A DNA stretch of 64,000 nt, from the NCBI GenBank assembly GCA_965202805.1, contig OZ241869.1:2336001-2400000 (forward strand), in the 5' to 3' direction. The position numbers and the translations under genes were made by a program. Positions 56,840 through 64,000 of this stretch are shown here, piece by piece. The notes under the pieces are model-generated. The model saw only the letters and a program-made list of their open reading frames with translations, was not told the origin of the DNA and made no database searches. The DNA is from Longimicrobiales bacterium. GTDB lineage: Bacteria; Gemmatimonadota; Gemmatimonadetes; Longimicrobiales; Gaopeijiaceae. How positions within the stretch are numbered: position 1 is the first letter of the stretch; each line of letters starts with the position of its first letter.

Positions 56840-59800
56840 ATGGACCGCCGATCTGGAGGCAGCATGGACGTCAGCAACCCCTCGCCGGTCATTCGAGTCC
56901 CGCTCCTCGCGCTCCCGCTACTATGGGCGATCTCGTTCGTTGCGGCACCGCCCGCCCTCACCGCCCAGGACCACATCTCGCTCCTTCCCCCCATGGAGTG
57001 GCGCTCGATCGGACCGGACCGGGGCGGGCGCTCGATCGCGGTGGCGGGCCATGCCGACCGCCCGTTCGAGTACTACTTCGGCGCGACGGGCGGAGGGCTC
57101 TTCAAGACCACCGACGGCGGGTCCACCTGGGCCCCGGTGACCGATGGTCAGGTCGGCAGCGCCTCCGTCGGCGCGGTCGCGATGGCGCCCTCGGACCCCG
57201 ACATCGTCTACATCGGCATGGGCGAGGTGCAGCTGCGCGCCAACGTCCTCCAGGGGGACGGCGTATACCGTTCGGACGACGGCGGGAAGAGCTGGCGGCA
57301 CCTCGGCCTCGCAGAGACCCACGCGATCGGGCGCATCCGCATCCATCCGACCGACCCCGACCGCGCCTACGTGGCGGCGCTCGGCCATCCCTTCGGGCCC
57401 AACCCCGAGCGCGGCGTCTTCCGGACCAGCGACGGAGGCAGGACCTGGGAGAAGGTTCTCTTCCGCGACGAACGCACCGGAGCCGTCGACCTGGTCATGG
57501 ACCCGAGCGATCCGAACATCCTCTACGCGACGCTCTGGCAGGTGTACCGGAAGCCGTGGCGCCTGTGGAGCGGCGGGGAGGGGTCGGGGATCTTCAAGTC
57601 GACCGACGGCGGCGACACCTGGAGCGAGATCACGCGCAACCCGGGCCTCCCGGACGGCGTCCTAGGCAAGATCACGATCACCGTGTCCGGCGCGGATCCG
57701 GACCGCGTGTGGGCGAACCTCGAGGCCGAGCAGGGCGGGCTCTACCGGTCCGACGACGGGGGCCGGTCGTGGGCGTTCATCAACGGCCATCGCGACATCT
57801 GGCAGCGGGCCTTCTACTTCCAGCGCCTGGAGGCGGACCCGGTCGACCGCAACACGCTCTACATCCTCAACTTCCGGCTCATGCGCTCGACGGATGGCGG
57901 GAAGACGCTCGAAAGCGTGCCCGAAACCCACGCCGACCATCACGACCTCTGGATCGACCCCACAAACCCCCTGCGCATGATCAACGGCAACGACGGGGGC
58001 GGCGTGGTCACGGTGAACGGAGGCCGGACCTGGACCTCGATGCGGTATCCGACGGCGCAGATCTATCGCCTGACGACGACTTCGGACTTCCCCTACCATG
58101 TGTGCGGCGCGCAGCAGGACAACTCGACCGCGTGCGTGTCGTCGGAGCCCGGCCATCTCCGCAACCCGCGCGGCCCGAGCACGGAGTGGATGTACGCGGT
58201 GGGCGGAGGCGAGATGGGCTACATCGCGCAGCATCCCACCGACCCCGACATCTTCTACGCCGGCGCGACCAACACCCTCACGCGCTACAACCGGGCGACC
58301 GGCATGGTCACCGACATCCAGCCCTGGCCGCGCATCGTCATGGGCGAGCCCGCGCGCGACATGCCCGAGCGATGGAACTGGACCTACCCCATCACCATGG
58401 CGCCGACGGCCCCGCATGCGCTGTACGTCGGTTCGCAGCACCTCTGGAGGTCCTTCGATGACGGGAAGTCGTGGGAGAAGATCAGCCCCGATCTGACGCG
58501 AGCCGAGCCGGAAACGCTCGATGACTCCGGCGGCCCGATCGTGAAGGACCAGGATGGACCCGAGATCTACGGCACGCTCTACGCGATCACGCCTTCGCCG
58601 CATGAAGCGGAGACGATCTGGACTGGCTCGGACGATGGGCTCGTACACGTCACGCGCGACGGCGGCGGGAACTGGCGCGACGTGACCCCTCCGGACATGC
58701 CCCCGCACACGCGCGTCATGACGGTGGAAGTGTCGCAGCACGACGCCGGGAGCGCGTTCGTAGCCGGGATCCGGTATGAGATGGACGACCGGGCGCCGTA
58801 CGCGTGGAAGACCGACGACTACGGCGCGACCTGGACCCGGATCAGCGAGGGCATCCCCGATGGTGCCTTCGTGCGGGTCGTTCGGGAGGATCCGAAGCGT
58901 GCCGGGCTCCTGTACGCGGGCACCGAGCACGGTGTCTTCGTTTCCTTCGATGACGGCGCGCACTGGAGCGACCTCTCGTTCCGCCTGCCGGACACACCCG
59001 TCACCGGGCTCGCCGTCCAGGAGCGCGACCTGGTGATCAGCACCCACGGCCGCTCCTTCTGGGTCCTCGACGACATCGAGACGCTGCGACAGCTGGACAC
59101 GGACGTCGCAGGCACGGAGGTCCACCTCTTCCAGCCCGCCGACGCAATCCGGCGATCGGTCCCGGCGGTCATCGACTTCCGGGTGGGCGCGTCCCGGACC
59201 GCGCGCCTCGACATCCTGACGGAAGACGGCGCGCACGTGAACACGCTCATCGACACGCGCGTGGATGCGGGCACCCACCGGACCCGCTGGAACCTCCGCT
59301 ATCCGGGCGCGGTGACCTTCGAGGGCATCGTCCTGGAGGGGGGCAACCCCGCAGTGGGGCCCTGGGCGCCGCCGGGGCGCTACCGGGCGCGGCTCACTGT
59401 CGATGGCGCGACCCGGGAGGCGGCCTTCGACGTGCTCCCGGATCCGAGACTCGGTGACATCCCCACCGCCGCCTTCACCGGCCAGTTCCGCCTGGCGATG
59501 GCGATCCGCGACGCCGAGAGCCGGGCGAACACGAGCGTGCTGCTGGCGCGCGACCTTCGTGCCCAGATCGACGCGATCGTCGCCGAGAGCGACGACGCCG
59601 GCCTGAGCGACGACGCCTCCGGCTTCGCGGCGGGGATCGAGGCGGTCGCGGGAGAACTCTACCAGCTCAGGAACCAGAGCCCGAAGGACAAGATCGCCTT
59701 CCCCATCAAGCTGAACGATCGTCTGACCGGCCTGCGCAGCCACCTGGAGCGGGGCGACGGCACGCCCATCGATGCGTACCAGGCCGTCTTCGACGAGCTG

Positions 59801-59935
59801 TCGGCGGAGCTGGAGGCGCAGCTGCGCATCCTCGAGCGGATGCTCGGCGACGATTTGCCCCGCCTGAATCGGCGGCTCGCGGAGGCGGGGCTCCCTCAGG
59901 TGGTCGTCAGGGAGGCGCTGATCGCGGACGGGTGA
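56840..59935 (+). CDS. Secreted VPS10/BNR-repeat glycosyl hydrolase-like protein
   Basis: WRSIGPDRGGRS, Asp-box repeats, DKIAFPIKLNDRL; paralog of 49564-52752. Confidence 0.88.
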   Translation: MDRRSGGSMDVSNPSPVIRVPLLALPLLWAISFVAAPPALTAQDHISLLPPMEWRSIGPDRGGRSIAVAGHADRPFEYYFGATGGGLFKTTDGGSTWAPVTDGQVGSASVGAVAMAPSDPDIVYIGMGEVQLRANVLQGDGVYRSDDGGKSWRHLGLAETHAIGRIRIHPTDPDRAYVAALGHPFGPNPERGVFRTSDGGRTWEKVLFRDERTGAVDLVMDPSDPNILYATLWQVYRKPWRLWSGGEGSGIFKSTDGGDTWSEITRNPGLPDGVLGKITITVSGADPDRVWANLEAEQGGLYRSDDGGRSWAFINGHRDIWQRAFYFQRLEADPVDRNTLYILNFRLMRSTDGGKTLESVPETHADHHDLWIDPTNPLRMINGNDGGGVVTVNGGRTWTSMRYPTAQIYRLTTTSDFPYHVCGAQQDNSTACVSSEPGHLRNPRGPSTEWMYAVGGGEMGYIAQHPTDPDIFYAGATNTLTRYNRATGMVTDIQPWPRIVMGEPARDMPERWNWTYPITMAPTAPHALYVGSQHLWRSFDDGKSWEKISPDLTRAEPETLDDSGGPIVKDQDGPEIYGTLYAITPSPHEAETIWTGSDDGLVHVTRDGGGNWRDVTPPDMPPHTRVMTVEVSQHDAGSAFVAGIRYEMDDRAPYAWKTDDYGATWTRISEGIPDGAFVRVVREDPKRAGLLYAGTEHGVFVSFDDGAHWSDLSFRLPDTPVTGLAVQERDLVISTHGRSFWVLDDIETLRQLDTDVAGTEVHLFQPADAIRRSVPAVIDFRVGASRTARLDILTEDGAHVNTLIDTRVDAGTHRTRWNLRYPGAVTFEGIVLEGGNPAVGPWAPPGRYRARLTVDGATREAAFDVLPDPRLGDIPTAAFTGQFRLAMAIRDAESRANTSVLLARDLRAQIDAIVAESDDAGLSDDASGFAAGIEAVAGELYQLRNQSPKDKIAFPIKLNDRLTGLRSHLERGDGTPIDAYQAVFDELSAELEAQLRILERMLGDDLPRLNRRLAEAGLPQVVVREALIADG

Positions 59936-60143
59936 GCGACCCGGGCTCGCATGGGTTCAGCCAGGCAACGCCCAATCGCCGGTCCGGTGGCGATGTTCCT
60001 GCCGCCGGAAAATCAACTCCTCCGTACGGGCTTCCGGCGCAAGCAGCAACCTCCGGCGTAGCGCCGGGACCCTCTCAGGTCCGCTGCCGTATTCCTAATG
60101 AGGAAACGCCTGTTCTCGCCCCGCACGTCTGGAACTGCTTGCA

Positions 60144-60977
60144 TTGAAGCCCGAATCCCTCAAAGTCGCCCTCATCACCGACGTCTTCCCCCACCGGGAC
60201 GAGGAAGAGCGGCTGCTGGCCCGTCTGCGCGAGGCGAAGGCGCGTGGAGCGAAGCTTGCGGTCCTCCCCGAATTGCCGCTGAACCGCTGGGCGCCGGCAA
60301 GCCAGGTCCCCTCTGACGGCGACGCCGAGCCTCCATACGGTCCCCGGGAGAGCGCCATGGCCGTGGCTGCGCGCGCGACCGGGCTGGCGGTGCTGGGCGG
60401 CGCCATAGTGCGCGACCCGGGGAACGGTCGCCGGCACAACACCGCAGTGCTCTTCGACTCCACGGGCGAGGAGTTGCTGCGCTACCGGAAAATCCACCTG
60501 CCCGACGAGGAGGGGTACTGGGAGGCGCACCACTACGAGGCGGGCGAGGAATTGCAGGCGCCGGTTGACGTGGGCGGATTCGGCATCGGGGTGCAGGTGT
60601 GCTCGGACGCCAACCGCCCCCAGGGGTGCAACGCGCTCGCGGCCATGGGCGCGGACGCCATTCTCCTGCCACGCGCCACCCCGGCGGAAACCTACCCGCG
60701 CTGGCGGCTGGTGCTGCGGGCGAACGCGGTCACCAGCTGCGCCTACGTCGTATCGGTCAACCGGCCCGGCACTCGGTCGCAGGGGGTCATCGGAGGACCG
60801 TCGATGGTCGCGGGCCCGGCGGGTGACGTGCTGCTCGAAACCACCGACCCGGTGGCCACCATCACGCTGGAAAAGGCGGTCCTGGAGCGCGCTCGCAAGG
60901 AGTATCCGGGATACCTCGACGTGCGGCCCAGGGTCTACGAGCACGCGTGGCGGCAGGCACGGAAGACCTCCAACTGA
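60144..60977 (+). CDS. Carbon-nitrogen hydrolase (nitrilase superfamily)
   Basis: Catalytic triad motifs VLPEL, YRKIHLP and VCSD. Confidence 0.9.
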   Translation: MKPESLKVALITDVFPHRDEEERLLARLREAKARGAKLAVLPELPLNRWAPASQVPSDGDAEPPYGPRESAMAVAARATGLAVLGGAIVRDPGNGRRHNTAVLFDSTGEELLRYRKIHLPDEEGYWEAHHYEAGEELQAPVDVGGFGIGVQVCSDANRPQGCNALAAMGADAILLPRATPAETYPRWRLVLRANAVTSCAYVVSVNRPGTRSQGVIGGPSMVAGPAGDVLLETTDPVATITLEKAVLERARKEYPGYLDVRPRVYEHAWRQARKTSN

Positions 60978-61150
60978 CCCCATTCCGCCATTCCATCGCC
61001 CCGCGGTAGAAACGAGCTTTCGACTCATCCGGCAGCGAAGTGCGTCGACTTCAGGCAATGAAGCCCTGTCGTACGGCGGCGACGCCTCGCGGGCGCAATG
61101 AGGATGTCCAGCGGGAGTCCTGACCTTGCTGCGATGGAAGAGGGGGCCAC

Positions 61151-61807
61151 ATGTTTGATGCCATGGAACCGATCGGGCTTGATACGCTTAAGGCAACCAG
61201 GGCTCTGCAGGCGGCCGGCTTTGACGCGGCCCAGGCGGAGGTCCTGGTTACCGTGTTCGGCGGCCCTGTCCCGGGCAACGTCGCCACCAGAGAGGACTTT
61301 CGGGATCTCCGCGCCGAATTCCGCGACTTCCGAACCGAAATCAAGGAAGACTTCGAACAGCTTCGTGTCGAAACCAGGACCGAGATCGCCAGCCTCCGAA
61401 CCGAGCTCAAGACCGAGATCGCCAGTGTCCGAACCGACCTCAAGACCGAGATCGCCAGCCTCCGAACCGACCTCAAGACCGAGATCGCCAGTGTCCGAAC
61501 CGAGTTCAAGGAAGACTTCGAACAGCTTCGCGTTGAAACCAGGACCGAAATCGAAGGCGTCCGAACCGAGATCGAGGGCGTCCGAACCGAGCTCAAGGCC
61601 GAAACCGGACAGCTGCGCGATGAGTCGGCTGGGATGAGAAGCGACATTGCGCGACTGAGCCGTGAAGTAGGGGACATTCGGCGTGATGTGGCGGAACTCC
61701 GGCGGGGGCTCGACGAACACGTCACGAAGGCGCAGATGTACGGCTTGCTGCTCGTTCAGGCGACGGTAATCGTTGGCCTGATCGTTGGATTACAACAACT
61801 GCTCTAG
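61151..61807 (+). CDS. DUF1640/CCDC90-like coiled-coil protein, paralog 2
   Basis: DTLKATRALQAAGFDAAQAEVL, 11-residue repeats (LKTEIASLRTD), KAQMYGLLLVQATVIVGLIVGLQQLL. Confidence 0.82.
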   Translation: MFDAMEPIGLDTLKATRALQAAGFDAAQAEVLVTVFGGPVPGNVATREDFRDLRAEFRDFRTEIKEDFEQLRVETRTEIASLRTELKTEIASVRTDLKTEIASLRTDLKTEIASVRTEFKEDFEQLRVETRTEIEGVRTEIEGVRTELKAETGQLRDESAGMRSDIARLSREVGDIRRDVAELRRGLDEHVTKAQMYGLLLVQATVIVGLIVGLQQLL

Positions 61808-61816
61808 CCGCCGCCT

Positions 61817-63427
61817 CTACCCGAAGCGCACCCCCTGCGCCAGCGGCAGTTCCGGGCTCCAGTTGACCGTGTTGGTCTGGCGCCGCATGTAGGCCTTCCA
61901 CGCGTCGGAGCCCGACTCGCGGCCGCCCCCGGTCTCCTTCTCGCCCCCGAAGGCGCCCCCGATCTCCGCGCCGCTGGTGCCGATGTTGACGTTGGCGATG
62001 CCGCAGTCGCTGCCACGATGGGAGAGGAAGAACTCCGCCTCGCGCATATGCTCGGTGAAGATCGCCGACGAGAGCCCCTGGGGGACGTCGTTGTGCTGGG
62101 CGATGGCCTCGGCGACTTCGTCCACAGCCTGCGCCGGGGACGCATCCGCGCTCCCGTACCCCAGGATGTAGAGGATGGGCGCGAAGGTCTCCTCCTGCAC
62201 GATGTCGAACCCGTTGCGCGCGCGGGCGATGCAGGGGGTGACGTAGTGGCCGCCGGGGAAGTCCGGGCCGTCCAGCCGCTCGCCCCCGCAGAGGATATCG
62301 CCTCCCTCCTCCGTGACCCGCCGCACCGCGCCCTCCAGGTCGGCGACCGCCTGGTGGTTCACTACCGGGCCCATGAGCGTCGCCGCGTCGCGCGGGTCGC
62401 CGATGCGCACGTCCCCGTAGGCGGACACCAGCCGCCGCTCCAGCTCCTCGCGGATGGATTCGTGCGCGATGATGCGGCGGGTGCTCGTGCAGCGCTGCCC
62501 CGCCGTGCCGACCGATCCGAAGAGGATGGCGGGGAGCACCAGATCCATGTTGGCGTGCGGGGTTACGATGATGGCGTTGTTGCCGCCCAGCTCGAGGATG
62601 GTGCGCCCCAGCCGCTTGCCCACCACCTCAGCCACCCGGTAGCCCATCCGGCAGCTGCCGGTGGCGGAAACCAGCGGGATGCGCCGGTCGTGCAGGAGCC
62701 GGTCGCCCACGGTGGAGCCCCGCCCCACCACCAGCGAGAAGATGGCCGGATCGTAGCCGTTCTCGCGCGCGACCTCTCCCGCGATGCGGGTGCACGCGAT
62801 CGCCGTCAGCGGAGTCTGACTCGACGGCTTCCACAGCGTGGCGTCCCCACACACCGCCGCGATGGCCGCGTTCCAGCTCCACACCGCGACCGGGAAATTG
62901 AAGGCCGAAATCACGCCCACCACGCCCAACGGGTGCCACTGCTCGAACATGCGGTGGTCCGGGCGCTCGGAGTGCATGGAGAGCCCGTAGAGCTGGCGCG
63001 AGAGACCGGTCGCGAAGTCGCAGATGTCGATCATCTCCTGCACTTCGCCCTCGCCCTCGGTGAGGATCTTCCCCATCTCGAGGGTGACCAGCGCGCCCAG
63101 CTCCGCCTTGTGCCGGCGCAGCCGGTCGCCGATCTGGCGCACGACCTCGCCGCGCTTGGGAGCCGGCACCGTCCGCCACTGAAGGAACGCCTCGTGCGCC
63201 CGTGCGACGATGCGGTCGTACTCCTGCTCGGTGACCTGGCGCACGGTCGCGATGCGCGAGCCGTCGATGGGGGTATGGACCTCGAGCTCGGGCCCGGAAC
63301 CCATCCACTCGCCGGCGAACCCGCCCGGATTCACATCTCCGAGCCCCAGCGCCGCCAGGAGGCGGGCGGTGCTCTCCGAGGCGCCAGCCTGGGTCATGGT
63401 CGCCTGAGTCATTGTTGCGGGATTCAT
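61817..63427 (-). CDS. ALDH7-type aldehyde dehydrogenase (aminoadipate-semialdehyde / P6C dehydrogenase-like)
   Basis: ISAFNFPVAVW, LELGGNN, TAGQRCT, EETFAPILY, SGAEIGGAFGGEKETGGGRESGSD. Confidence 0.93.
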   Translation of the reverse strand: MNPATMTQATMTQAGASESTARLLAALGLGDVNPGGFAGEWMGSGPELEVHTPIDGSRIATVRQVTEQEYDRIVARAHEAFLQWRTVPAPKRGEVVRQIGDRLRRHKAELGALVTLEMGKILTEGEGEVQEMIDICDFATGLSRQLYGLSMHSERPDHRMFEQWHPLGVVGVISAFNFPVAVWSWNAAIAAVCGDATLWKPSSQTPLTAIACTRIAGEVARENGYDPAIFSLVVGRGSTVGDRLLHDRRIPLVSATGSCRMGYRVAEVVGKRLGRTILELGGNNAIIVTPHANMDLVLPAILFGSVGTAGQRCTSTRRIIAHESIREELERRLVSAYGDVRIGDPRDAATLMGPVVNHQAVADLEGAVRRVTEEGGDILCGGERLDGPDFPGGHYVTPCIARARNGFDIVQEETFAPILYILGYGSADASPAQAVDEVAEAIAQHNDVPQGLSSAIFTEHMREAEFFLSHRGSDCGIANVNIGTSGAEIGGAFGGEKETGGGRESGSDAWKAYMRRQTNTVNWSPELPLAQGVRFG

Positions 63428-63472
63428 CTTCGTTCTGTGGTCCTCGGGTCGGTTTACGGATTCGTTGCCACC

Positions 63473-63495
63473 ACCCTCACGTAACGTCAGGGTTG
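63473..63495. repeat. 23-bp quasi-palindromic element, copy 2
   Basis: ACCCTCACGTAACGTCAGGGTTG. Confidence 0.8.
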
Positions 63496-63501
63496 TCTCG
63501 G

Positions 63502-64000
63502 TTATCGCCCCTGCGTCAGTTCGCGGATCTGGCGCACCGCCGCCTCCACCTTGAGCTGGATGCCCATTCGCCCGTAGACCACGGAAGCCTTGGTGGGGTC
63601 GCCGGAGACGCCGCTGCCCTCGTACCCGCCTCCCGGCGCCAACTCTCCCTGGCGGATGTGCTCGGGCGCGATGTAGAGAAGCTGGGACGTGTCGCTGATG
63701 CCGGCGTGTCCGCCGATGGTCGCCGCGTCGTAGCCGTGCTCCTCCATGAGCCAGTCGCGGAAACCGTTGCCCGAGTAGTAATCGCCCACGAAGTGGACGC
63801 GGCCCTGCTTCCCCGCGGCCCCCCACTCCTCGTTCAGCATCTCCGACACCGTGCGCATGCCGTTCTGGTTCCCGCCGCTGTCGCCGATGAACACGATGTC
63901 GGTGAAGCCGTGCACCTCGAGGCTGCGCGCCGCGTATTCGAGCAGCTTCATGAAGTGCTCGTTGGGAAGGGTGATCGCCCCGGCGTAGCGCATGTGTCCG
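63502..64000 (-). CDS. Creatininase family protein (partial, 5' end outside the window)
   Basis: HMRYAGAITL, IGDSGGNQ, GHAGISDTS, GVSGDP. Confidence 0.8.
   Translation of the reverse strand, partial: GHMRYAGAITLPNEHFMKLLEYAARSLEVHGFTDIVFIGDSGGNQNGMRTVSEMLNEEWGAAGKQGRVHFVGDYYSGNGFRDWLMEEHGYDAATIGGHAGISDTSQLLYIAPEHIRQGELAPGGGYEGSGVSGDPTKASVVYGRMGIQLKVEAAVRQIRELTQGR

Noticed and set aside
59990..60085. Glycine riboswitch suggested by GCAA...CTCTCAGG and nearby hairpins
   Set aside because: The GGAGA and CCGAAG core elements are not convincingly present; an Rfam RF00504 cmsearch would be decisive
56340..61600. 33-bp repeats as CRISPR or DGR template/variable repeats
   Set aside because: They are in-frame coding coiled-coil repeats without spacers, and there is no reverse transcriptase in the window

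Overview
GC-rich bacterial chromosomal window. The gene content suggests Gemmatimonadota, but that is an inference. The left part (1-33.7 kb) holds a fructosamine kinase and two converging heavy-metal RND efflux operons (a CzcCBA-like set and a CusCBA-like set preceded by a His/Cys-rich putative leader ending in ETPPPR), with an MscS channel and a large degenerate P-loop protein between them. It also holds two amidohydrolases, an atypical Hsp70 plus HEAT-repeat pair, an AAA/DUF4143 ATPase behind 22-bp repeats, tdk, a sterol desaturase, an M14 peptidase and a BCCT transporter. The centre (about 33.7-49.5 kb) looks like a partly decaying defence island: Fic, a translationally coupled PLD nuclease / RNase H-like-HIT fusion / HNH nuclease operon (best candidate for an undescribed system), a macro domain, three orphan or partial antitoxins, a Phd-PIN TA pair, a truncated IetA-like ATPase and a 2004-aa nuclease-STAND (Avs-like) protein. 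The right part has two VPS10/BNR glycosyl hydrolase-like paralogs, a Tat-exported molybdoenzyme with its 2Fe-2S subunit, two DUF1640-like coiled-coil paralogs, a nitrilase-family hydrolase, an ALDH7-type dehydrogenase and a partial creatininase. I saw no rRNA, tRNA, CRISPR array, integrase or transposase. All family calls come from motif recognition by eye; no database search was run.
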